Assembly: GCA_038087875.1 (NCBI GenBank)
Contig: CM075977.1
Span: forward strand, 40,610,001-40,674,000
DNA: 64,000 nt
Reading direction: 5' to 3'
Source of the DNA: Malacoraja senta
Lineage: Eukaryota
The translations under genes were made by a program, and so were the position numbers. Under the pieces are notes generated by a model. It was not told the DNA's origin. It made no database searches and saw nothing but the letters and a program-made list of their open reading frames with translations. Positions 1 to 12,047 of the stretch are shown here, one piece after another; position 1 is the first letter of the stretch; every line of letters begins with the position of its first letter.

Positions 1-235
1 CATATTTTTAATATTTACTGCCCAGTTATAATACATAAAGTTAGGGAGCGCTAGACCCCCCAACTCTTTTCGTTTGTTAAGGTGTGTTCTTTGTATTCTG
101 TGGGATTTGTAATCCCATATAAAATTTGTAATGTCTGAGTCCAGTTTTTTGAAAAACTTTTTTGGGAGATATATAGGTATTGATTGAAATAGGTAAAGGA
201 TTTGTGGTAAGAAAATCATTTTTATAGCATTTATC
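1..235 (-). mobile_element. L1-clade LINE ORF2 fragment
   Basis: Reverse complement closely matches the L1 at 22320-22550 (LYLFQSIPIYLPKKFF..KLDSDIT..LALPNFMYY.W). Confidence 0.8.
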
Positions 236-1037
236 CTACCTATTAAGGACATCGGAGTTACACCAGCATGTTGCGTCTATCACAGTAAGTAGATATGCTG
301 GTGCGCTTTCTCTGCCCGAGCTTCGATGTGGTTGGTTAAGGAAGTATTTCTAGTGATCTTTATTCCTTGGAACTTGAAACTTTCGACGATCTCTACTTTA
401 ATGAATACTGGTGTGTGTGTGTACCTCATTGCTTTCTGAAGTTAAACATAATCTTGCTGACATTGAAGGAAGGTTTTCTGTTATGGCACCAGGTTGCAAG
501 GTTCTCATTCTCCTTCTTGAACTTGGGGGGGGGGGGGGGGGGGCGTGCTGAGAATACATCATCTCAGACATCAGTATCAAGAAGGGTCTCGACCCGAAAC
601 ATCACCAGTCCTTCTCTCCTGAGATGCGGCCTGTCCCGCTGAGTTATTCCAACATTTTGTGTCTATCTTCGAAAGGTCTCGTATGCATGTCCTCCGGAGA
701 TGCTGCCAGACCCGCTGAGTTACTCCAGTACTCAGTCACTTTTTTTGTACACCAGCACCTGCAGTTCCTTGAGTCTCCAAGGATCTTCAGATGCTGGGCA
801 TGGAGACTGAGATCACAGTGTCATGGGGGATGTGGGGAATCGTGAAGGCCCTTTGTTCTTCCCTTTCATGCGAACATAGAAGACATTGAGCTCATCCAGA
901 AGTGATCCTTCTATGTCACACAACCTACTTAGTGTCACCTTGTAGGACGTGATGATGTTCAAGCCCTGACAGACCTGTTGAGCATCCACCTCAACAACCT
1001 CCCTGAACATTTATGCTCACCACCAGCTGTGCTAAAT

Positions 1038-3716
1038 AACAATAGACAATAGACAATAGGTGCAGGAGTAGGCCATTCGGCCCTTCGAGCCAGCACCGCC
1101 ATTCAATGTGATCATGGCTGTTCATCCCCAATCAGTACCCCGTTCCTGCCTTCTCCCCATATGCCCTGACTCCGCTATTTTTAAGAGCCCTATCTAGCTC
1201 TATCTAGAAAGCATCCAGAGAACCTGCCTCCATTGCCCTCTGAGGAAGAAAATTCCACAGACTCGCCACTCACTGTGAGAAAAAATGTTTCCTCGTCTCC
1301 GTTCTAAATGGTTTACTCCTTATTCTTAAACTGTGGCCCCTGGTTCTGGACCCCCCCCCCCCCCCAACATCGGGAACATGTTTCCTGCCTCTAGCGTGTC
1401 CAAACCCTTAACAATCTTATATGTTTCAATGAGATTCCCTCATCCTTCTAAACTCCAGAGTGTACAAGCCCAGCTGCTCCATTCTCTCAGCATATGACAG
1501 TCCCGCCATCCCGGGAATTAACCTTGTAAACCTACGCTGCACTCCCTCAACAGCAAGAATGTCCTTCCTCAAATTAGGGGACCAAAACTGCACACAATAC
1601 TCCAGGTGTGTTCTCACTGGGCTCTGTACAACTGCAGAAGGACCTCTTTGCTCCTATATTTGATTCCTCTTGTTATAAATAGACAATAGACAATAGGTGC
1701 AGGAGTAGGCCATTCGGCCCTTTGAGCCAGCACCGCCATTCAATGTGATCATGGCTGATCATCCCCAATCAGTACCCCGTTCATGTCTTTTCCCCATATC
1801 CCCCGACTCTGCTATCTTTAAGAGCCCTATCCAGCTCTCTCTTGAAAGCATCCAGAGAACCTACCTCCACCACCCTCTGAGGCAGAGAATTCCACACACT
1901 CACAACTCTCTGTGAGAAAAAGTGTTTCCTCGTCTCCGTTCTAAATGGCTTACCCCTTATTCTTAAACTGTGGCCCCTGGTTCTGGACTCCCCCAACATC
2001 GGGAACATGCTTCCTGCCTCCAGCGTGTCCAGACCCTTAACAATCTTATATGTTTCAATAAGATGCCCTCTCATCCTTCTAAACTCCAGAGTACAAGCCC
2101 AGCTGCTTCATTCTCTCAGCATATGAGGCCAACATGCCATTCGCTTACTTTCATAGACTGATGGACAAGGACCCCCAGATCCTGTTGTACTTCCCCTTTT
2201 CCCAACTTGACGCCATTTAGATAGTAATCTGCCTTCCTGTTTTTGCTACGAAAGTGGATAACCTCACATTTATCCGCATTAAACATCATCTGCCATGCAT
2301 CTGCCCACTCCCCCAAACTGTCCAAGTCACCCTGCATTCTCATAGCATCCTCCTCACAGTTCACACTGCCACCCAGCTTTGTGTCATCTGCAAATTTGCT
2401 AATGTTACTTTGAATCCCTTCATCCAAATCATTGATGTATATTGTAAATAGCTGCGGTCCCCCACTAGTCACTGCCTGCCATTCTGAAAGGGACCCGTTA
2501 ATCCCTACTCTTTGTTTCCTGTCTGCCAACCGCTTCTCTATCCATGTCAGCACTCTACCCCCAATACCATGTGCCCTAATTTTGCCCACTAATCTCCTAT
2601 GTGGGACCTTATCAAATGCTTTCTGAAAGTCCAGGTACACTACATCCATTGGCTCTCCCCTGTCCATTTTCCTAGTTACATCTTCAAAAAGTTCCAGAAG
2701 ATTAGTCAAGCATGATTTCCCCTTCGGAAATCCATGCTGACTAGGACCGATCCTGTTACTGCTATCCAAATGTTCGGCTATCTCATCTTTTATAATTGAC
2801 TCCAGCATCTTCCCCACCATCGGTGTCAGGCTAATTGATCTATAATTCCCTGTTTTCTCTCTACCGCCTTTCTTAAAAAGTGGGATAACATTAGCTACCC
2901 TCCAATCCACAGGAACTGCTCCTGTGTCTATAGAACATTGGAAAATTATCACCAATGCATCCACTATTTCTAGAGCCACTTCCTTAAGTACCCTGGGATG
3001 CAGGCCCTGGGGATTTATCAGCCTTCAGTCCCATCAGTCTATCCAACACCATTTCCTGCCTAATGTGGATTTCCTTCAGTTCCTCCATCACCCCAGATCC
3101 TCTGGCCACTACCATATCAGGAAGATTGTTTGTGTCCTCCTTAGTGAAGACAGATCCAAAGTACCTGTTCAACTCATCTGCCATTTCCTTGTTCCCCATA
3201 ATAAATTCACCTTTTTCGGTCTTCAAGGGTCCAACTTTGGTCTTAACCAATTTTTTTCCTCTTCACATACATAAAGAAGCTTTTACTATCCTGCTTTATA
3301 TTCTTGGCTAGCTTACCTTCGTACCTCATCTTTTCTTCCCGTATTGTCTTTTTGGTTATCTTCTGTTGTTCTTTAAACATTACCCAATCCTCTTGCTTCC
3401 CGCTCATCTTTGCTGCATTGTACTTCTTCGCTTTAATTGTTATACTGTCCCTGACGTCCCGTGTTAGCCATGGTCGTCCCTTTATCCCCTTGGAATCTTT
3501 CTTCCTCCTAGGAATGAACTGATCCTGCACCTTCTGTATTATTCCTAGAAATACCTGGCATTTTTGCTCCACTGTCATCCCTGCTAGTGCATCTTTCCAG
3601 TCAACTTTGGCCAGCTCCTCCCTCATGGTCCCATAGTCCCCTTTATTCAACTGTAACACTGACACCTCTGATCTACCCTTCTCCCTCTCCAATTGTAGAT
3701 TAAACCTGACCATATT
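1038..3716 (-). mobile_element. Two adjacent degraded CR1 (HER1-like) LINE copies
   Basis: RT/endonuclease ORF pieces ([40 protein letters not shown]); (TATTGTC)n 3' tails at ~1038 and ~1678. Confidence 0.9.
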
Positions 3717-4770
3717 ATGCAGATAAGATAGTGCAGATAACTGCACTCTCTCTGCAGGTTATGAGATGCACTACAATTATTCACCCATATTACTGACAGC
3801 ACTTCCAACCCTCTTCCATCATAGACTAATTTAACTAGTGCATTGATACCTGCAGATTCCCCTCCAGGTTGCATGCCATTCGAATTTGTAAATATATATC
3901 TCTGTCCCATGGGCTATAGAGACTTACTTATTACATTCATTCAGTACCTATGCAGGATAATTTCTGGATTTGAGTGCCCCTGTTTTGTTACTACGAGCGA
4001 GAAGAAGGTACAGGAGCCTAAAGACCGTGACCTCCAGCTTCAAGACCAGCTTCTTCCCAGCAACCATCAGTTCTTGAACACTAAACAACACTAACCTCAG
4101 CAACTATGATATTCTGTTGACTATGTCTTTGGTTTCGTTGCGGACTTGGATCTTTTCATTATTTTGGTTATGTAGTCTTAATGGCTATTAAGTGATGCTA
4201 TTTTGATTGTTATATATTATCAGCGTGCTGTTGCATTTACCGGCCTGTTAAACTGCAGGAAGTAAGAATTTAATTGTTCCGTTGTCGGCATCGATGCCAA
4301 TTATATAATCTTGACCCTTGACCATTGGTCGGGGGTCATGCAAGAAAATGGCGCCCAGGAGAAAGACCTTTAGTCTGTGACCTTAATGAATGGGGAACGC
4401 GTTGAAGGGACCACTGACGTGCTCCTGCTCATTTTCTCCATTTTTTATGTCCTGAGTTCTCTGGCGTGACATTTGAACCAATGAGAGATAAACCGAAGTG
4501 TCCAATGTTTACAGATTCCTTCAAATTCTTGTGATTGCAAGGAAAAAGAAAAAAACGCTGGAAGCACTTAGCAGATCGAGCAGTAGCTATGCTGCCCGAC
4601 TGAGACTTCAGAACTTGGTATAATCACCGAGGTGGCAAGGACTAATGTTGAAAATATAACGGGGTGAACACAAGAAGAAACGAGATAATGTCAGTGGTAT
4701 GTTTGAGGCAAAGCGCAACCAGGATGGCAAGCATGGAAAGAAGAATTGTGAATACGAGAACGTAGAAACT

Positions 4771-4985
4771 AAAATACCACAGATGCTTGTTTATAACAAA
4801 GATCGACACAAAGTACTGGAGGAACTCAGCGGGCCAGGCAGCATTTAAAGAAAAGGACAGGTGACAGACATTCCGATGCGGGATCCTTCAGTCTGAAGAA
4901 GGGTCTCGGCCCGAAACGTCACCTATTCCTTTTCTCCAGAGATGTTGCCTGACCCGCTGAGTTACTCCAGCACTTTGGGTCTAAC
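4771..4985. repeat. Inverted dimer of a Penelope-derived short repeat carrying a minimal hammerhead-like motif
   Basis: Arms are reverse complements around ~4890. The right arm has CTGAAGA-A-GGGTCTCGGCCC-GAAAC-GTC (4893-4920). Confidence 0.6.
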
Positions 4986-5164
4986 TGTGAATGTGATCTT
5001 ATTGCTGCTGCTTCCAAGCAAGCGAGAACTTGCGCGACAGGTATCAACTGCATGACTTCAATGTTGCGACTTATTTATTAGAAGGTGCTCCGTCTGCAGA
5101 CTGGCCGTAAAACCACTCCTGTTCCCACCTCTCTCTGGGGAAATGTACTCACAAATCAACTTGC

Positions 5165-5219
5165 AGATAAAGGTGCAGACGATGGACATCCTGCACTTCC
5201 GCTGGGAAACCGAACCACA
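5165..5219 (+). promoter_or_regulatory. Putative V1 promoter motif cluster (GATA, ETS, Ikaros, RUNX)
   Basis: AGATAA 5165-5170, CACTTCCG 5194-5201, TGGGAA 5203-5208 and AACCACA 5213-5219 lie within 130 bp of the V1 ATG. Short motifs only. Confidence 0.4.
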
Positions 5220-5293
5220 ACCGGGGCACCTCGCATTTAATTCTAACCATGTGATCAGAGGAGCTAGTCCATCCGAATAGTTATCGCGGCAGC

Positions 5294-5700
5294 ATGTCGC
5301 TCCGTTGTCTACTTATCTCCTGGTGGTTTTTCCTTGGTAAGTACTGTATGGAAACAACCACTTTCGGTCTTTCCTTGTCCATGTAGCTTCAATGTTTTTA
5401 ATTTACAGCTGGATATTCTGCCAATGATTTGCAACAGCCTCAGATGTCGATCACGAAGCCTGTGACGACAACCGTGAAGATACAGTGCTTGGCAAAGGGT
5501 CTCGATGATATCCATTGGTATCAACAACGCACCGACCAGGCGCCAAGAAGGATCCTGCGCTATAGCAAGGAGAAATCGGAGCGGGATCAGGGAATACCCG
5601 CCAAATTCTCAGCCGAGGGAAGTGACTCAACTTTCTCTCTTGTGATTGATAACACCGACCTGTCTGATGCCGCCACCTATTATTGTGCCAGTTGGGTTAT
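5294..5700 (+). CDS. TRGV: TCR gamma-type V segment 1 (leader exon 5294-5336, intron 5337-5408, V exon 5409-5700)
   Basis: ATG leader MSLRCLLISWWFFL, phase-1 G|GTAAGT donor, tttacAG acceptor. Open V exon with Cys (IQC), IHWYQQ and DAATYYCASW, abutting a consensus RSS. The YYCAxW end plus 23-RSS fits TRGV. Confidence 0.92.
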
Positions 5701-5739
5701 CACAGTGTGAAGCAATGACAGGTGGTCGATACAAAAACC
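5701..5739 (+). other. 23-bp RSS of V segment 1 (perfect consensus)
   Basis: CACAGTG (5701-5707) + 23 nt + ACAAAAACC (5731-5739). Confidence 0.97.
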
Positions 5740-6063
5740 CCTCGAGCCTCTCTGGCTGCTTGACTGCTCGCCGAGCGTTGGGAACTCCGGTTTATTGCCA
5801 GGGGGAGCGTTCCCAGTGAATAAGTGGGATTGGTATTGCATTTACAGATTCTTTGACACTCTGCCTGTAGCGCTTGGTTTGCGCTCCAGTACCACGTGGT
5901 GCGGCTGAGATCCGGAGTGAAATTTATATCTGAGCTGGAATAGTAAACGAGATCACACCAAATGGAACCGGCAACTTCCGGGTGCGACAGAAGTGGGGCG
6001 TTGGTGAGACCAGTAGCCAGCATGTCAGTCGCCTGGCTGGACGCGATGCCCCAACTCCTGAAC

Positions 6064-6508
6064 ATGAAGGCGGCCTTGGCTGCCATTTTATTGATCTCCT
6101 TTCTCGGTCAGTGGTTAGCATTTTAACGACCATTTTTCATTAGCCTTTCGCTGTCACCGTGTGAAAGATTTCGATAACCATGTGCCCCTTTCTCCTGCAG
6201 GTAAATCGGCGGCTCAAATATTGACGCAGTCTCAATTATCGATCACCAAAGGTCCAAGGAAACCTGTCCACTTTTACTGTGAGGTTCAAAATATAGATTT
6301 GAAAGAAGCCGTTATACATTGGTACCGGCAGAGGCCGGGGGAAGGGCTGCAGCGGCTATTGTATTTTAAGAATCCATCCGACACTCAGAGAGATGTGGCG
6401 GATGAACGATTCATTGCTGGTAAAATATCTGAGAAAAAATCGTGCACTCTGCTCCTGACGAATATCCAAGCGGATGATGCTGGTACCTATTACTGTGCTT
6501 ATTGGAAA
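6064..6508 (+). CDS. TRGV: TCR gamma-type V segment 2 (leader 6064-6106, intron 6107-6200, V exon 6201-6508)
   Basis: Leader MKAALAAILLISFL, G|GTCAGT donor, ctcctgcAG acceptor. V exon QILTQSQLSITKG..FYC..VIHWYRQRPG..DAGTYYCAYWK with no stops. Confidence 0.92.
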
Positions 6509-6547
6509 CACAGTAGCCGAGAGCGACGGGAAGCCAGTACATAAACC
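6509..6547 (+). other. 23-bp RSS of V segment 2
   Basis: CACAGTA + 23 nt + ACATAAACC; one mismatch each in heptamer and nonamer. Confidence 0.93.
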
Positions 6548-6749
6548 CAACTTGTGCGTAACATGTTCAGTGGTTCGAGACCAAATCACAGGTGTGGCGT
6601 CTGCAGATCTCGGCGAACATCTGCGTATACCGAGGGCCATTCGGTTTTCTCCACGATGTTATTTGCATTTTATTTTATAACTGGAATGATTAAAGTTGTT
6701 TTGACAAATTAAAAATGCACATCAACGTGGATCCGAAGGACATACATTA

Positions 6750-7170
6750 GTTCATAAATTCATGTGATGGGAGCAGAATTAGGCCATTTGGCCCATCAAG
6801 TCTACTTCACCGTTCAATCATGGCTGGTCTATCTTCTCCTCTCAACCTCGCCCTGCCTTCTCCCCATAACCCGTGACACGCATAGTCGTCAAGAATCTAT
6901 CTATATCTGCTTTAAAAATATCCATTGACATGGCCTTCACAGCCTTCTGTGGCAATGAATTCCACAGATTCGCCACTCTCTGACAAAAAAAAATTCTCCT
7001 CATCTCCTTCCTAAAGGAAAGTCCATTTATTCTGAGGCTATCACCTCTGGTCCCAGACTCTCCCACTAGTGGAACCATCTTCTCCACATCCACTCTATCC
7101 AGGCCATTCGCTATTCGGTAACTTTCAATGAGGTACCCCCTCATCCTATGGATACGAACGAATACCAAGC
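6750..7170 (-). mobile_element. CR1 3' fragment
   Basis: ORF 6842-7168: MRGYLIESY..GLDRVD..LWNSLPQKAV. Confidence 0.85.
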
Positions 7171-7794
7171 CACTTCTGTCGTCCCCTGGAATGGGCTCAC
7201 CATGGTCACAAGGAACAAATAGTTAAATCTAAGTGCCCCTCTCTGAACTAGAGTAATCGAATTGTACACCACGGGAAAATTGTCTTTCGGCCCACCATAT
7301 CCATGTTGACCTTTTGTATGATCTATATTGAACCCATTTGCCCCGCATTAGGCCCGTATCCTTTTTTCTGCCTTATTGATATAACTACATTCCTAAGTGT
7401 CTTTAAAGGATGTGGTTGTATCTGATTTACCTCCCCCCCCCACCACACACACACGTTCCAGATATGAACCACTGTCAGTTAAAAAAAACTTTCCTCTCAA
7501 ATACCCTTTGAAGGGTCTCGACCGAATCGTCACCCATTCCTTGTCTCCAGAGATGCTGTCTGCCTCGCTGAGTTACTCCAGCATATTGTGTCTACCCCCA
7601 TTAAAATTTATTCCTCTCATCTTAAAACTGTACCGTCTTGTTGTTGATATCCCATATCATTGAAAAGAGATTCTATCTACTCTATCTACGGCACTTAATT
7701 TTACACCCCAATCTGCTCATTCCTCGCCCTCCTTCTCCCCATAAAAAAACAGCTCATCTGTCTCTTCCCATAGGTGAAGACCTCCAAGACAGGC

Positions 7795-8225
7795 AACTAG
7801 GACTGGAGTTTAAACTGCATGGTGTAGTTGAGGTAGGCAGATTGGGAATGAGTGGCATTGGGTGGGTGGGTTTGATAATAGCTGGGTTTGAGGAGTAGGT
7901 GGGTCTGGGAAAAGGTGCATTTAATGAGTGGGTAGGTTTGTGAATATGTGTGTTTGTGGAGTGGGTGATTTGGGGTGGGTAACATTGGGAGCAGGTGATT
8001 TGGGGGAGAGAGTAGGTTTGGGAGTGGATAGCATTGGGCAGTGGATGGTTTTAGGAGGAGGGAGGTTTGTGGCTATGAGAAGTGGCTGGGTTTACTAGTG
8101 GGTGATTTGAGAATAGTTGGGTTTGGGAAGCGGATGATTAGAGAGTGGGTAGGTGTGGGAGTGGATGGATTTGGACGTTGGTGGGTTTGGCCAGTCGGTG
8201 TGTTTGGGCGTAGATGGCTTTGGGT
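7795..8225 (+). repeat. Degenerate G-rich minisatellite-like tract
   Basis: Repeated variants of GGGTAGGTTTG/GGAGTGG/GATTGGG. Confidence 0.55.
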
Positions 8226-9009
8226 TTGTTGCCTTATTGAAAGTAATGGCATATACCTTCTTTCAAAATCTTCTAGTGACTAACGAGTTCCTCCATATTC
8301 ACAACACAGATTCGGCCCTTTAGGAAAACCAATGGACATTTTCTTCACTGCCACGGGCTTGGTACAAAATATCCAGATGAGAAAGAGCATTTAATTATAT
8401 TTTCATTAATTGAAAACCTTTTAGACATTAAAAAAAGTGTAATTATGCAGTAATTGAATCCCCATCCCCTTCTCATTCACTTTGTTCCCACTCCACGTGA
8501 ACAACGTTCTCCCGCTGCCCTGTGATCCAGTTCCTTTGTCCCGTTCCTTACACTCATCTCCCACTCCTACCCGCTACATCCCCAATATCCTTTGATATTC
8601 CCCTTTCACCCCTGATAACTTACCTTCCTCTCACGATCCCTCCCTCCAGTTCTACATTTCACTCCTCATCTTCCTTCCATATCTGATTCCACATCTGCAC
8701 CATTTTTGCTCTATTTCACGTCGATGTTACTGTCTCCACCTGTCTGCCAATCACTGATCTTATCCGAATCTGCATATCACTTGCCAGTTTCTTTCCCACT
8801 CCTTCTCCCCTCATTACCAGATGTCTCCTCTCTACTCCATTAGTCCTAAGAGTCCCAAACCAAAACATCATCTGTCAGTTTTCCTCCACATTATAACTGG
8901 GAATTTTCTGATACACTGGAGCAGCCTGCGAAGCCTTCTTCCCTTGACGGAATTAAAAAAAAGCTCAGTCTCACTCAATCGAGTAACATAGTCTATCGAT
9001 TTTTTTTAA

Positions 9010-10045
9010 TTATAACATCGTCCACTATAACATCGTCCATTTGTAGAACTGTTGGGGAAGTACAATCGACACAGACGCATTATCAAACAAAAAAACTGAT
9101 GCCAACGCGCATAAGGAGATATATGAGAGGCAGACTGAAACTTGGTGAAAGAGCCCCAAGGAGCATCCAAAAGGAGGAACAATGGCAAGGATGGAGGTTT
9201 GGGAGCAAAGTTTCAGGGTTCAGCAATTCACAATTTGAAGGCATTTTCAACAATCGCGAAGTCATTTAGTTTAAGCACCATTGCGCATGGAAGACACTGC
9301 GCATGTCCACAGTGGCCCTGGTGTTCTCAGCCGCCAAGTACTGCGTCTGGTGCCGTAGCCCTCACGCCAAGAAGATGGATGCTGCCCTCCTGCGGACTGT
9401 CTCTGGATGCCTACGAGCAACCCCAGTAAACCAACTGCCCGTCCTCGCTGGCATCGCCCCAGCCAACATCAGACGAGTAGCAGCCACGCTGGCCCAAAAG
9501 GCGCAGACCAGTGAATCCCACCTCCTCCATCAGATCGTCACAGAGACACCACGACGAGTGCGCCTCAAGTCACGGCACCCCTTTGCCACGCAAGCCCAAG
9601 AGCTGCTCTGCACAACACCGGATGACGCTTCTAATGCCGCCCAGGTCAAGACGAGATGGAGAGACCAGTGGAAATCAGCGGAACCATCTAGGCTACACCA
9701 TTACATCGATGACCCCATGGACATCCTTAGCCAGGACCTGCCCCGAAAGCAGTGGACAACCCTCAACCGCTTGAGGACAGGCATTGGACGCTATAGAGTA
9801 ACGATGAAGAGGTGGCGCCTCGTGGACAGCGCGTCCTGCGAGTGTGGGGACCCAAGACAGACAGTGGAGCACATAGTCACGAGTTGCCCCAAACACCGGC
9901 CACCAAATGGTGAACGAGGTCTGATTGACCTGAACGATGACACGTTGGCCTGGCTCGCCTCAATGGAGCTGCAGGTCTAAAAGACACACGACAGAAGAAG
10001 AAGAAGAAGAAGAAGAAGAAGAAGAAGAAGAAGAAGAAGAAGAAG
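9010..10045 (+). mobile_element. 5'-truncated non-LTR retrotransposon (RTE/RTEX-like) with (GAA)n tail
   Basis: ORF 9303-9980: LRTVSGCLRATPVNQLPVLAGIAP..WTTLNRLRTG..CECG..QTVEHIVTSC zinc knuckle; (GAA)n at 9994-10045. The clade assignment is tentative. Confidence 0.75.
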
Positions 10046-10308
10046 CACCATTTGAATGTCTGGGCACTCACTTGTACGTGATTGTTAACATTTTACAGAA
10101 AACTGAAGCTTTGTAATGCATATCTACATATCTATATGTACTGTGATTTTCTTCTTCGTGGAAGGAGCCAAAAAAAAGATAGGTGCAGATGAAGCAGGCA
10201 GTTTCTGCATCCCTTTCTTTCAACTTATACATTCGAGTTTTCTGCCATCTGTGGAGGCAGGGAGATGGTCGCATTTTGATCCGAGATTGGGGATCGGGCG
10301 GTAGGATC

Positions 10309-10601
10309 GGGCAGCACGGTGGCACAGCGGTATAGCTGCTGTCTTACAGTGCCAGAGAACCGGGTTCGATCCTGACTATGGGTGTTGTCAGTATCGAGTT
10401 TGTATGTTCTCCTTATGACCACATGGGTTTTCTCCGGGTGCACCGGTTTCATCCCATATTCCAAAGACGTTAAGGTTTGTCGGATAAATGGCTTCTGTAA
10501 ATTGTCCCTTGTGCGTAGGATAGAACTAGTGTACGGGTGGTCGCTGGTCATCGCGGTCTCGGCGGGCCGAAAGGTCTGTTTCTACGCCGTATCTCTAAAC
10601 T
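10309..10601 (+). mobile_element. tRNA-derived SINE (HE1-like)
   Basis: A-box TGGCACAGCGG (10320-10330), B-box GGTTCGATCC (10363-10372), CR1-like 3' end GGGCCGAAAGGTCTGTTTC. Confidence 0.8.
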
Positions 10602-11577
10602 TACATAAAAATAAATAAACGTGTAAGACTCCCTACAATGAGAATCACATTTCATTGGGTTGCCGACAAAACCAGAACAAGGAGCTGAAGTGAACGGATT
10701 CTACACACCTCAGTAACCAGGAACATGGCGAGGGAGCACATCCCACCAATAGTCCAGTGCTTAATGGACACAACGCTGACAGAATTACGGTGCTCCCGCT
10801 CATTGACCAGGCGAACAATAAATTTACTCTCCCCTGGCTCGCAATCTGAAGTTCGGCCTCGATCCGACACGCCACCTATTCCTTTTCTCCAGAGATGCTG
10901 CTTGACCCGCTGAGTTACTCGAGCATTTTGTGTCTATCTTCGGTGTAAACCGGCATCTGCAGTTCCTTCCTGCTCAAACAATAACTTACGTTTGTATAGA
11001 GCCCTGTGGGCTGCGCAAGAACACAACTTAAATACTATGTTGCGGGAAGCCGGTGTACACTTGACACTTTAATTTCATGTCTCAATGTAAAACGATGTCG
11101 GTCGCGGTAATTCGGTATCGACGGTTTAAAATGCAAGGGCTGGATGCATGAGACTGCGTTGAAAATAGGCAGACGGATATCTCCTCGGGTAGGGACGGAA
11201 CAAGCGCAGAATCGCCACGGAATATCAGGGAGACGCCAGAGTGCACTTGGCACTTGCGGGAATCAAAGATAAGTGGGATAATGCTGGAACATGGCGCTGA
11301 GGATCAGACGGGATCTCGGTAAATGGCGAGCAGGTTCAAAGGGCCGAATGGGCTCTTCCTTCTGCCTCTACATGTTCGTGTCCCACCCCTCCTCCAAGCA
11401 TCTCCTCCAATGAAAGAGAGGGCCACTAAAAATCTGCCTATAAATGGAGGAACATATCTGGCGAAGGGGAGCGGAGTGGATTAATCGCCGACACCAATAT
11501 CCCGAGGAAAGGGAGTTGATTTCTCCCAGTTTCTAACCAGTTGGTCGGGTAAATCGCCCCGATCCAGCTGAATGAAC

Positions 11578-12008
11578 ATGTGGCTGAGTTACTGGTTCCT
11601 AGCGCTGACTTTGACCTGTGCGTGTCCTGTAGCTCTGCATGGTTTATCGGTCCATTCCGCCGTGCAGTCTTTTTAATCGGTATCTGATTTTTTTTCTCCA
11701 GGTGAATGTTTGGCCCAGACCCTGATCCAGCCCAAAGCATCGATTAGCAAGTCTGCCGGGAAAACGGGGAGAATCGGGTGTCAAATGAATGGAGTCAGGA
11801 TTAGCAACACCAACCCCATTCACTGGTATCAACAGAAACCCGGCCAATCGCTCACAAGGATACTCTACTTTACAGGCAGCGTGACACGGGACGCGGGATT
11901 CGGGAATTCCTACAAAATTGAAAAGAATACAGATTCTGAATTTAATCTCATTATCGAAAGATTAACGGCAGAACAATCTGCCACTTATTACTGCGCCTAC
12001 TGGGTATA
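11578..12008 (+). CDS. TRGV: TCR gamma-type V segment 3 (leader 11578-11617, in-frame ATG also at 11572; intron 11618-11701; V exon 11702-12008)
   Basis: Leader MWLSYWFLALTLT, probable phase-1 donor T|GTGCGT, tttttctccAG acceptor. V exon QTLIQPKASISKS..IGC..IHWYQQKPG..SATYYCAYWVY is open. The donor choice is inferred. Confidence 0.9.
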
Positions 12009-12047
12009 CACAGCGTGTAACAGAAACACAAACTCCGCACAAAAAAC
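12009..12047 (+). other. 23-bp RSS of V segment 3
   Basis: CACAGCG + 23 nt + ACAAAAAAC. Confidence 0.92.

Noticed and set aside
10645-10913. Short ORFs on both strands upstream of V3
   Set aside because: No Ig motifs, splice context or RSS; they overlap a degenerate hammerhead-type repeat.
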